IMG/VR virus record: IMGVR_UViG_3300042934_000776
Location: 1 to 63,160 of that record
Reading direction: 5' to 3' (one strand)
Origin: a virus
Lineage: Duplodnaviria; Caudoviricetes
Length of the DNA: 63,160 nt
Positions 53,624 through 62,104 of the stretch are shown piece after piece. Numbering within the stretch: the stretch's first letter is position 1; each line of letters opens with the position of its first letter. A program made the position numbers and the translations under genes. The notes under the pieces were generated by a model. It saw nothing but the letters and a program-made list of their open reading frames with translations. It made no database searches and was not told where the DNA came from.

Positions 53624-53947
53624 ATGAACACCCCGTACCCGGATCGCTACATGCAGCAGGTGCTGCGCGAGGCGGATGAAAGACGTCGCGAGGCCGAGCA
53701 GCTTCAGGCTGACTTCGATGAGCGCGTGCGCGTCGCGCTCGACCGCTACACCCACGACCCCGTCTTCCACGCCGAGGTCTACCAGGTCGCCCGGGTCATC
53801 GACAACGATGACGACTTCGCCCGGCTGTTCGACGAGGAGGGGCCTGACTCGGCGTGGGAGATGGCGCTCGGGCTCGCACTGAAGGCTGTCGTCGCAGTGC
53901 ATGAGCAGCGCCCGGGCGGCCTCCTGCACATAGAGGGAATGCAATGA
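53624..53947 (+). CDS. Hypothetical protein
   Basis: RBS GGAAGGAG; RYTHDPVFHA motif. Confidence 0.7.
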   Translation: MNTPYPDRYMQQVLREADERRREAEQLQADFDERVRVALDRYTHDPVFHAEVYQVARVIDNDDDFARLFDEEGPDSAWEMALGLALKAVVAVHEQRPGGLLHIEGMQ

Positions 53948-54129
53948 CCTGGCCAACCGCGGAGCGACAGACGCTCGACTGCCAGGCGTGCGGCAACGTC
54001 GTCAAGGTGCTCACCCCTGCAGAGGTCCAGATGGTTGCCGCCAACCCGTACAACTTCATCGTCTACTGCAGAGACGCCATCTGCCAGGAGGCGGCGAGAG
54101 CCGATGCCCGACGAGAGGGGCTGCTGTGA
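53944..54129 (+). CDS. Small Zn-binding protein
   Basis: CQACG...YCR...C. Confidence 0.6.
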   Translation: MTWPTAERQTLDCQACGNVVKVLTPAEVQMVAANPYNFIVYCRDAICQEAARADARREGLL

Positions 54130-54266
54130 ACGACGACGAACTGCCCGAAGACCTGGGAACCCCGGCGCCTGACCGCTGGTGGCTGCGGCCGATGTTCCTG
54201 ATCGCCACCGCCTGCACACTCGGCTGCGCCGGTGTGCTGGTCCACGGGATCGGGGCGATCTCATGA
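54126..54266 (+). CDS. Small membrane protein
   Basis: GTGA overlap; one TM helix. Confidence 0.5.
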   Translation: MNDDELPEDLGTPAPDRWWLRPMFLIATACTLGCAGVLVHGIGAIS

Positions 54267-54592
54267 GGGTCTACACGCTGCGCGAGGCAGCCGTCGAGCT
54301 CGACCGGATCATCGACGAGCGGACCGACTTCGACAGCGAACGCTGGCTGCCGGGCCTGGCTGGCATCGAGATGACGATGAGCCTGGTGGAGATCGTCGAG
54401 GCCGAGCCGCCGGCGCCGACACGCGAGTACCGGCAGGGCGGCCGCCAGGTCGGGAAGACGGCGGAGATGGCAAGGCTGATCGCGGCCATGACCGGGCTGC
54501 ATTTCGAGACGGTGATGGACCTGCTCGCCGCGGGCTGGTCGTACACCGAGGAGGAGGGGAAGGCACCGAGATGGACACGCGACTCACACTGA
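54263..54592 (+). CDS. Hypothetical protein
   Basis: ATGA overlap. Confidence 0.6.
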   Translation: MRVYTLREAAVELDRIIDERTDFDSERWLPGLAGIEMTMSLVEIVEAEPPAPTREYRQGGRQVGKTAEMARLIAAMTGLHFETVMDLLAAGWSYTEEEGKAPRWTRDSH

Positions 54593-54861
54593 AGGTGGGG
54601 TTGCTGTACCGCATCCACGAAGGGTGGGTGTCGACGGAGGTCATAGCCGCCCGGCTGGGCGTGCCGATCGGCCAGGTCGTGCGGGTGCGCGACTGGCTGA
54701 ACGCACGCGGCTACCTCGAGCGCGCGATCGACGCGCCGGTCAGTCGATGGGTAGCGACGCTCGAGTTCGAGACGCTGTGGAACGAGCTTCTGCCGGGACG
54801 GGCGTGCCCGTTGTCGTTCTGCTCGACAGCCCGGGCGCGTGGGTCACTTGCGCAAGGTTAG
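54571..54861 (+). CDS. Winged-HTH protein
   Basis: STEVIAARLGVP...LNARGYLER. Confidence 0.55.
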   Translation: MDTRLTLKVGLLYRIHEGWVSTEVIAARLGVPIGQVVRVRDWLNARGYLERAIDAPVSRWVATLEFETLWNELLPGRACPLSFCSTARARGSLAQG

Positions 54862-54885
54862 TGGACCACTAGACTGTGTATAACG
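54845..54885 (+). promoter_or_regulatory. Promoter P3 for the recombination operon, with GTATAACG box
   Basis: CAC-TTGCGC-N16-TAGACT followed by TGTATAACG. Confidence 0.6.
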
Positions 54886-54902
54886 AAATGGAAGGGGGCC
54901 GC

Positions 54903-55157
54903 ATGGCCGACAGGCGATACGACCGCAACGTGGGATACCTCGAACTCCCGCTCATCCCCGACGACAAGTTCATCGCCGGGGCGATCGTCATCCTCAGCGA
55001 TGAGGAGGGCGAGCTCAGCACCCAGTTCGTGGCCGAGAGCCTCGACATGGTGCCAGATGTGAAGCAGCAGGAGGAGATCACCGCGACCGTCACCGAGGCG
55101 TGGCGCGAGGCGAATCTCCACCCCGTCAGCTGGGATTGGGGACGTCATGCAGATTGA
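54903..55157 (+). CDS. Hypothetical protein
   Basis: RBS GAAGGGGG. Confidence 0.6.
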   Translation: MADRRYDRNVGYLELPLIPDDKFIAGAIVILSDEEGELSTQFVAESLDMVPDVKQQEEITATVTEAWREANLHPVSWDWGRHAD

Positions 55158-55335
55158 GATCACCATCGACACGGATGGTGCCCGCACCACCGTCATGCAC
55201 GAGTTCGGCCTCGAAGTCCACAACGTGCAGCAGGCAGACGGACAGGTCGCAGCCCGCTTTGAGACGCCCGACCTCAACACCGTCGCCACCAGCGTCGCCC
55301 GCCACGCGGCGGACGTCCACCGGCTCACCCTCTGA
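55147..55335 (+). CDS. Hypothetical protein
   Basis: Overlapping operon ORF. Confidence 0.5.
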   Translation: MQIEITIDTDGARTTVMHEFGLEVHNVQQADGQVAARFETPDLNTVATSVARHAADVHRLTL

Positions 55336-55367
55336 GCCACAACCCTCCCGGAAGGAGAACCACTGCA

Positions 55368-55544
55368 ATGAGCCTGTTTGAAGCCCAGCGGACCGAGGAA
55401 GAGGTCGACGAACTCGCGAACCTCGCGTTCGAGATCAAGGACGAGATCGGCAGTCGCTACCCCGGCATGTCCTATGAGGACGGCATCACCAACACCATCG
55501 ACTGGCTTCGCGGCCACTCGGACAACCCGCTCGAGGAGAACTGA
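55368..55544 (+). CDS. Small conserved phage protein (58 aa, not in ORF track)
   Basis: SRYPGMSYEDGI...IDWLRG motif; RBS GGAAGGAG. Confidence 0.7.
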   Translation: MSLFEAQRTEEEVDELANLAFEIKDEIGSRYPGMSYEDGITNTIDWLRGHSDNPLEEN

Positions 55545-56227
55545 TGTCCTACGGAATGCCCACCCTCGTCGTCGGGAACCTGACCGCCGACCCCGAACTG
55601 AAGTTCTCGCAGAACGGCAAGCCGTACGTCCGGCTCACCATCGCGAACACCCCCCGGGTGAAGGACCGTGACACGAACCAGTGGTCCGACGGTCCCGCCT
55701 CGTTCATCGGAGTCACCCTCTACGACGACTACGCCACCAATGCCGCGGCATCCGTGACCAAGGGCACCCGCGTCGTCGCGTACGGCGAGCTCGAGAAGCG
55801 GGTCTGGCAGGACTCGAACGGCCTCGACCGCGAGTCGCTGCAGCTGGAGAACGTCACCACGTTCGCCGTCGACCTCCGGTTCGCACAGGCCAACGTGCAG
55901 CGCGCCGCGAAGGGCGGCCAGCAGCAGGCGCCCGCGCAGCAGCAGGGCGGCCAGCAGTACGGCCCGCCCCAGGGTGGCCAGTACGGTCCCCCGCAGGGCC
56001 AGCAGTACGCCCCCCCGCAGGGTCCGCCGCAGCAGTATGGGCCGCCACAAGGGGCTCCGTCGGCGCAGGGGCAGTGGCCGTCGCAGGGCGGCCCTGGCCC
56101 GCAGCAGTTCGCGCCGCCGCAGCAGCCACAGCAGGGCTACCCGGCACCTGCCGGCCAGCCGCAGCAGCCGCCTGCACAGCAGGGTGCCGCGCCCGGCTAC
56201 CAGTACCCCGACGAGACCCCGTTCTGA
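55544..56227 (+). CDS. ssb: Single-stranded DNA-binding protein
   Basis: VVGNLTADPELKF OB-fold; Q/G/P-rich linker; DETPF tip. Confidence 0.95.
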   Translation: MSYGMPTLVVGNLTADPELKFSQNGKPYVRLTIANTPRVKDRDTNQWSDGPASFIGVTLYDDYATNAAASVTKGTRVVAYGELEKRVWQDSNGLDRESLQLENVTTFAVDLRFAQANVQRAAKGGQQQAPAQQQGGQQYGPPQGGQYGPPQGQQYAPPQGPPQQYGPPQGAPSAQGQWPSQGGPGPQQFAPPQQPQQGYPAPAGQPQQPPAQQGAAPGYQYPDETPF

Positions 56228-56237
56228 GGAGCAGACC

Positions 56238-56462
56238 ATGGACCACGAGAGCATCGCGAGCCTGAAGACGCGCATTGCGACCGAGCCGGAGGGTAACGGC
56301 TTCGTTCACTCGTCCCTGATGGAGGGTGAGGACCCGACCGCCCTGGTTCGGTCCCTCCTTGCCGCCGGTGGCACCACCACCGCTGTCACTGCCGGTGGCG
56401 GCCCCGACGGGGTCATGGTGCACTGGCGGCCGCGCACCCCCGAGGAGATGGTGGAGTCATGA
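56238..56462 (+). CDS. Hypothetical protein
   Basis: RBS GAGGAG. Confidence 0.55.
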   Translation: MDHESIASLKTRIATEPEGNGFVHSSLMEGEDPTALVRSLLAAGGTTTAVTAGGGPDGVMVHWRPRTPEEMVES

Positions 56463-56653
56463 CCATCGAGGAGTTGATCGAGTTCCTGGAGAGGCGCCTG
56501 AAGGCGGGCAAGATCCACGGTCTCGGCTCGGTGAAGATCCGCGACTTCCGCGTCTCTGACGAGGCGATGGAAGCAGGGTCGAGTGGCTACGCCGACCTCG
56601 AAGAGGTGCTGGTCGTCGGCGACGACGTCTACCTCCTGCCGTCGGAGGACTGA
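56459..56653 (+). CDS. Hypothetical protein
   Basis: Coupled at both ends. Confidence 0.6.
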   Translation: MTIEELIEFLERRLKAGKIHGLGSVKIRDFRVSDEAMEAGSSGYADLEEVLVVGDDVYLLPSED

Positions 56654-57219
56654 TGGACTCCCCGATCGCCATGGGGATCGACGTCAGCCTGACCCGTACG
56701 GCCGTCGCCTTCGTCGGAACCAACGACGAAGGCGACGGCCCGGTGGTCGACACCTACTCGATGGGTCGCAGAGGGTCTCGCGACGAGTCCCTGATGCAGC
56801 GCCGCGAGCGGATCACCACCCTGCGCGAGCTGGTGATCCGCACGCTCACCGAGAACATGGAGCGGCCGCGTGTCGCCATGATCGAGGACGTCCCGTTCGG
56901 CACGCCCGGTGGCTCCACCACGGACCGGGCCGCCCTCTGGTGGTTCATCGTCGAGGGCCTCCACCAGGAGGGCATCCCGACCGTGGCGGTGAACGTCTCG
57001 AAGCTGAAGATCTACGCCACAGGCAGGGGCAACAAGCACGAGAAGGACGAGGTCACCGTCGCCCTGATCCGCCGCTATGTCGACGCGCCGATCCAGAACA
57101 ACGACGAGGCCGACGCCACGGGGCTCGCCATGATGGGCGCTCGCCTGCTGGGTGAGCCGTACGAGAAGTCACTGCCGCAGACGCACCTGCGGGCGATGGA
57201 AGGACTGGCGCTGCCGTGA
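56653..57219 (+). CDS. RuvC-like Holliday junction resolvase
   Basis: MGIDVSL..T, MIE, LKIYATGRG...K, NNDEADA. Confidence 0.9.
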   Translation: MDSPIAMGIDVSLTRTAVAFVGTNDEGDGPVVDTYSMGRRGSRDESLMQRRERITTLRELVIRTLTENMERPRVAMIEDVPFGTPGGSTTDRAALWWFIVEGLHQEGIPTVAVNVSKLKIYATGRGNKHEKDEVTVALIRRYVDAPIQNNDEADATGLAMMGARLLGEPYEKSLPQTHLRAMEGLALP

Positions 57220-57752
57220 TCCTGACGCCTGAGCTCGAGCAGCAGATCATCGCGATCATCGAGATGCACCCTCGAGAATCGCTGGTGCTGCCCGACTGGG
57301 CGTATGGCACGGATGGGCGGGTGGTGGTGCTGGTCGACGGGATCCCGATCGACCTGCACCGCCACCTGCACAACAAGCTGATCCGCCCACTCGGTTACCA
57401 CGAGAGGATGTGGCAGCGCGGCGAGAACGGCAACGTCAACCCGCACCTGTTCGACGTCGTCGCCGGCACGAAGTCGGCGCGCACCGAATGCGCCAAGGGT
57501 CACGCCTACGAGGGGAACGAGGCCCCTCCGAACAGCCGTGGCTACCGATGTCTGACCTGCTACCGAGACTCGTATCGGAAGCCGGGCGTGATCCCGAACG
57601 GCGAGAAGACGCGCTGCCCCCAGGATCACGAGTACACCCCGGAGAACACCTACATCGGCCGTGACGGGAAGCGTCGCTGCCTGACCTGCAAGAGAGACCG
57701 CAACCGCCGCTACATGCGGCGGCGGCGGTCACCCCGGAAGGAGAACCCATGA
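57216..57752 (+). CDS. Degenerate HNH-like protein with two CxxxHxY...RCxxC Zn modules
   Basis: HR...NVNP HNH remnant; CAKGHAY...RCLTC and CPQDHEY...RCLTC. Confidence 0.7.
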   Translation: MILTPELEQQIIAIIEMHPRESLVLPDWAYGTDGRVVVLVDGIPIDLHRHLHNKLIRPLGYHERMWQRGENGNVNPHLFDVVAGTKSARTECAKGHAYEGNEAPPNSRGYRCLTCYRDSYRKPGVIPNGEKTRCPQDHEYTPENTYIGRDGKRRCLTCKRDRNRRYMRRRRSPRKENP

Positions 57753-58849
57753 ACGACCAGACCCCCTGGATCCGCCAGCCGCGCCAGCCCGCACCTCACA
57801 TCAAGTACGCCCACTCGCTCGGCCGCGGCATGCTCACGTTCGAGCAGATCACCGAGCTCGTGAAGGCGATCAACCAGCTGTACGTCGCCCAGAAGAACAA
57901 GATGTCGTACCTGTCCCAGCACCAGGCGCGCGCCGAGATGAACCGCATCTTCGGCTACGGAAACTGGGACTCGAAGGTCGCCTCGATGCGCTGCGACTAT
58001 GAGGAGCGCATCGGTGACAACACCGACCCTCGCTGGCCGAAGGACTTCCGCACGAAGCAGCCGAAGGTCTCCGGCTCTGGCGCCTACTGGGTCGTCGGCT
58101 ACGAGGGCTCTGTCCATGTGGCGATCCGCGACCTGTGGGGGATGCCGGTCGCCGAGTACCTCGAGTTCCACTTCGAGGAGTCGGCGCCGCAGCCCAACCG
58201 TGGCGAGGCCCGCGCCCTCGCGCTCACCTCGGTCGAGTCGTACGCACTGCGCCGGTCGCTGATCAACCTCGGCGACCGCTTCGGGCTCGGTCTCTACAAC
58301 GGCGGATCGGTCGCCCCGCATGGGCAGTACACGATCCAGCTGGAGCCGGGCATCCTGTTCGACTGGAAGCCTGTCGACGCTCAGGGTCAGCAGCCGGCCA
58401 CAGCCCCTGTGCCCCGGCAGCCCTCCCACGAGACGATCGCCGCGGAGCCCGCCGTGCCCGAGGGCTGGGCGGAGCAGGCTGCGGTGGGCGCACTCGAGGC
58501 CCCGGAGCCGACACCCGGCACGGCGGATGCCGCGGTCGCGCAGATGGGCCTGCAGTCGCCGCCGGTGACGCGGCCGCCGGTGGCGCAGCGGTTCCCGCAG
58601 GCCCGCGAGCAGGTTCAGCAGATGAACCAGGAGGCGCGCGCACAGGCCGGGGGTGGCTACCCGGCCCCGCCGCAGCAGCAGGGTGGGCCTGCACCGAGCA
58701 TCGCCCCCGGCGCGACTGACGCGCTGCGCGCCCGGATGCAGGGCGCCTTCAAGGTGGATGCGGAGGACGAGCGCGAGCGGTATGAGCGCGAGAACGACTA
58801 CGCGAATGAGCAGGCGATGCAGCAGCACCGTGGGGGCGTGGTCGAGTAA
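57749..58849 (+). CDS. Rad52/Sak-like single-strand annealing protein
   Basis: SYL...MNRIFGYGNWD...ALRR...LGDRFGLGLY. Confidence 0.85.
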   Translation: MNDQTPWIRQPRQPAPHIKYAHSLGRGMLTFEQITELVKAINQLYVAQKNKMSYLSQHQARAEMNRIFGYGNWDSKVASMRCDYEERIGDNTDPRWPKDFRTKQPKVSGSGAYWVVGYEGSVHVAIRDLWGMPVAEYLEFHFEESAPQPNRGEARALALTSVESYALRRSLINLGDRFGLGLYNGGSVAPHGQYTIQLEPGILFDWKPVDAQGQQPATAPVPRQPSHETIAAEPAVPEGWAEQAAVGALEAPEPTPGTADAAVAQMGLQSPPVTRPPVAQRFPQAREQVQQMNQEARAQAGGGYPAPPQQQGGPAPSIAPGATDALRARMQGAFKVDAEDERERYERENDYANEQAMQQHRGGVVE

Positions 58850-60321
58850 TGGCCGAGCTCATCCGGGACAAGGCGCTCGAGGACGCCCTGCTCGCCGCGG
58901 TGATCGCCGACCAGAACGAGCGGCCGCGGACCAAGCAGATGCTCATCGGCCCGTCGGAGATCGGCGGATGCCGCGAGCTCGTGCGCGCGAAGATTTTCGA
59001 GGACCGCTCCACCTTCCTGCCCGACACGCACTGGCACACCGCCGCGCACGTCGGCACGGTGATGGGCGAGGATCTCGAGCGGATCTTCGGCGAGCGTCTC
59101 GGTGCGGCCACGCAGCAGCGCGTCACCATCGAGCTCGAGCGGCTCGGCCTCAGCGTGTCCGGCGCGATCGACCTGATCTTCATCCGCAACCAGGTCGTCT
59201 GCGACCTGAAGGGCACCGGCGCGTTCGGGTCTGTGCAGTACGAGGGCGGCGTGAAGCTCGACTACTACATCCAGATCTCGCTCTACGTGTGGGGCCTGGT
59301 CAAGGCTGGCATCCTGCAGCCTGGTGCCGAGGGTCGGATCGTCTACTACGACCGGGTCGGTGGCGAGCAGACGTTCATCGCCGTCGTGGTCACCTGGGAA
59401 GCGATCCTCAACTACGTCGACCTGGCGCAGCGCCGCCTGCAGGAGGTGCTGAACGCACAGGCCGGGATCGAGGCGGGCCAGCTGAGCATGGCCCACCACC
59501 TCCGCGACCACGTGCCGTCGTTCTGCTTCTCCGAGAAGGTGCAGTGCCCGCGCCGCATGCACTGCTGGGGCGGGTCTGACTGGGCGCCTCTCCAGGTGCA
59601 CGACGACGCCGACCTGCAGCGCGCGACCGTCGAGTACATCGCCGGTCGCAAGCTGGAGAACCGCGGCAAGGCGATGAAGGAGCAGGCGCGTGGCCTGCTC
59701 AAGGGCGTCGAGGGTCACGTCGTCAACGGCGAGGAGATGGGCGGCCTGGTCGGCTGGAAGAGCGGCCGCATCTCCGTGGTGGAGATCGAGGCACTGCCTG
59801 CCGTGCAGGATCTGGTGGACGAGGTCTCGACCGAGTGGGCGAGGGGCGAGACGCGCGAGCCGTTCAAGCCCTCGGACCTGGCCGACCCGGCAAAGGTCGC
59901 GGAGCTCAATGCGCGCGGCGTGGTGAACGTCGCCGACGAGTACCCGCCCGACCCGGAGGCAGAGCAGATCTTCATCGAGGAGGTCACCGGTACTCACATC
60001 AGTTCGATGTCGATCGTCCCGAAGGGCGAGGGCACCGGCTGGATCGAGCCAGTAGAGGCCGATTCACCCGGTGAATCACCCCCGGACGACATGCCGTTCC
60101 AGGGTGGCGGGCTGGTCACTGCGGACGAAGTCCAGGCGTGGCCGACGCCGCCCGAGCAGGTGCTCGAGCAGCACGGCCAGGATCTGACGGCCGATCAGGT
60201 CGCGTACCTCGAGCGCAAGGCGGAGGAGGCGCGACAAGCGCCGACGACCAGCGCCGAGCGTCTCTCGCAGCTGCAGAAGGACGTCGCCGCTGATCGGAAG
60301 CGTCGTGCCGGCAAGGCGTGA
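58849..60321 (+). CDS. Cas4-like PD-(D/E)XK exonuclease (contains palindrome copy 12 at 60061-60077)
   Basis: GPSEIGGC, GAID...DLK, Q...Y, C-terminal C...CP...C. Confidence 0.85.
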   Translation: MAELIRDKALEDALLAAVIADQNERPRTKQMLIGPSEIGGCRELVRAKIFEDRSTFLPDTHWHTAAHVGTVMGEDLERIFGERLGAATQQRVTIELERLGLSVSGAIDLIFIRNQVVCDLKGTGAFGSVQYEGGVKLDYYIQISLYVWGLVKAGILQPGAEGRIVYYDRVGGEQTFIAVVVTWEAILNYVDLAQRRLQEVLNAQAGIEAGQLSMAHHLRDHVPSFCFSEKVQCPRRMHCWGGSDWAPLQVHDDADLQRATVEYIAGRKLENRGKAMKEQARGLLKGVEGHVVNGEEMGGLVGWKSGRISVVEIEALPAVQDLVDEVSTEWARGETREPFKPSDLADPAKVAELNARGVVNVADEYPPDPEAEQIFIEEVTGTHISSMSIVPKGEGTGWIEPVEADSPGESPPDDMPFQGGGLVTADEVQAWPTPPEQVLEQHGQDLTADQVAYLERKAEEARQAPTTSAERLSQLQKDVAADRKRRAGKA

Positions 60322-60334
60322 CGCGGAGGGGCGG

Positions 60335-60652
60335 ATGCTCCGCGGGACGTCGAACACCAACAGCCGTGGCTCGGCGACCGAGAGGCGGAAGCGGAAGTGC
60401 TGGATGCTGTCCTGGTATGGGGACGGCATCTCGTGCCTCTGCTTCGCTTGCGGGAAGGTGCTGCTGTACACCACGCTCGAGGCGGACCGGATCATCCCCG
60501 GCGTGTTCGGCGGAGGCTACGGTCGTGGCAACATCCGCCCATCCTGCGGCCCGTGCAACCGGCACGGCGGCAACCTCGTGAAGCGGTGGATCCGCGAGCG
60601 AGTCCCTAAACGCGAGATCCTCCGGCGCTGTCGCGTCGGGGACTTCGTCTGA
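60335..60652 (+). CDS. HNH endonuclease
   Basis: CFACG...DRIIP...GG.Y...NIRPSCGPCN. Confidence 0.8.
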   Translation: MLRGTSNTNSRGSATERRKRKCWMLSWYGDGISCLCFACGKVLLYTTLEADRIIPGVFGGGYGRGNIRPSCGPCNRHGGNLVKRWIRERVPKREILRRCRVGDFV

Positions 60653-60672
60653 ATCTCTTGGAAGGAGAACGC

Positions 60673-61149
60673 ATGACCGACATCTATCTGGCATCCTCGT
60701 GGCGAAACGAACTGCAGCCTGGAGTGCTGGCAAAGCTCCGCGAGAAGGGGCACGCCGTCTACGACTTCCGCAACCCGGAGGATTCCTGGACGCGACCCGA
60801 TCGTGGGGATGACAGCGGCGGGTTCCGTTGGTCCGAGATCGACCCGCAGTGGGAATCCTGGACGCCGTGGGCATATCGCCAGGCGCTCGAGACGGAGACC
60901 GCCCGCTTCGGCTACATGAACGACCACCACGCGATGCTGCGCGCCGAGGTCGGGGTGCTCCTGCTGCCCTCTGGGCGCAGCGCGCACATCGAGGCCGGCT
61001 ACTTCGTCGGGCACCCCGACAAGCGGCTGTACGTGATCGTCCCCGACGAGCTCAAGCCGCTCGATGGCTGGGAACCGGAGCTCATGTACAAGCTGGCTGA
61101 CGGGATCTTCGGGTCCGTCGACGAGATGCTGAACGAGGTGAACCCCTGA
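60673..61149 (+). CDS. Nucleoside 2-deoxyribosyltransferase-like protein
   Basis: IYLASSWRN...D...LLLPSGRSAHIEAGY; RBS GGAAGGAG. Confidence 0.75.
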   Translation: MTDIYLASSWRNELQPGVLAKLREKGHAVYDFRNPEDSWTRPDRGDDSGGFRWSEIDPQWESWTPWAYRQALETETARFGYMNDHHAMLRAEVGVLLLPSGRSAHIEAGYFVGHPDKRLYVIVPDELKPLDGWEPELMYKLADGIFGSVDEMLNEVNP

Positions 61150-62078
61150 TGCCGTATATCGCCTACGTCGAGCCGAAGAACTTCCGGCCGAGCTCGCTCG
61201 CCATCATCGAGCTCGCTGACGAGATTGCGACCAGCTACAAGCAGCGCGGCTTCAACCTGACGCTGCGCCAGCTGTACTACCAGTTCATCTCGCGGGACTT
61301 CTTCCCGAACAGCGAGCAGTCATACAACCGGCTCGGGTCGATCATCAACGACGCGCGCCTGTCGGGCCTGATCAACTGGGACCACATCGAGGACCGCGGC
61401 CGCGAAGCGCACCAGGTCGACTGGCTCGGCCACGTGCCGCCGGACCTCACCACGCAGATCAGCTACCTGCAGTACAGCCACTCCCTCGACCTGTGGGAGG
61501 GGCAGGACCGCCGCATCGAGATCTGGGTGGAGAAGCAGGCGCTCGAGGAGGTGGCGCAGCGCGCCGCGGGCAGCTACCGTGTCGGCTACTTCGCCTGCAA
61601 GGGCTACGTCTCGCAGTCGGAGATGTGGCGTGCCGGCAATCGACTGCGCGAGGCGATCGACGAGGGCCAGGAACCGCTGATCCTGCACCTGGGTGACCAC
61701 GACCCTTCGGGCATCGACATGACGCGCGACATCGAGGATCGGCTGTCGATGTTCGCCGGCGAGGAGATCGAGGTGAGGCGGCTGGCGTTGAACATGCCGC
61801 AGATCCGCGAGCTCAACCCGCCCCCGAACCCGGCGAAGATCACCGACTCCCGGGCTGGCAGCTACATCGCGAAGTACGGCACAAAGTCGTGGGAGCTTGA
61901 CGCCGTCTCGCCCGAGCGGCTCGTGCAGATCATCCAGGACGAGATCGCCGTCGAGCTCGACCTGCCGCTGTTCGACGAGAAGCGCCAGGAAGAGCGCGAA
62001 GGTCGCCAGATCTACATCAACCTCTCCGCCAACTGGGCGGAGGCGGAGCAGCTGCTCCGCGACAACGGGCTCATCTGA
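61149..62078 (+). CDS. Spo11/Topo VI-A-like protein (5Y-CAP + Toprim)
   Basis: TLRQLYYQ, IWVEK, KGY.S, GDHDPSG, RLALN, WELDA. Confidence 0.8.
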   Translation: MPYIAYVEPKNFRPSSLAIIELADEIATSYKQRGFNLTLRQLYYQFISRDFFPNSEQSYNRLGSIINDARLSGLINWDHIEDRGREAHQVDWLGHVPPDLTTQISYLQYSHSLDLWEGQDRRIEIWVEKQALEEVAQRAAGSYRVGYFACKGYVSQSEMWRAGNRLREAIDEGQEPLILHLGDHDPSGIDMTRDIEDRLSMFAGEEIEVRRLALNMPQIRELNPPPNPAKITDSRAGSYIAKYGTKSWELDAVSPERLVQIIQDEIAVELDLPLFDEKRQEEREGRQIYINLSANWAEAEQLLRDNGLI

Positions 62079-62104
62079 GTCCCCCGATGGAAGGAAACGA
62101 ACGC

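Noticed and set aside
55900-56210. CAG-rich repeats (QYGPPQG) as a special repeat element
   Set aside because: They encode the normal disordered SSB linker
296-62104. Recurrent GGAAGGAGAAC upstream of genes as a novel motif
   Set aside because: Explained as a strong Shine-Dalgarno sequence with an A/C-rich spacer
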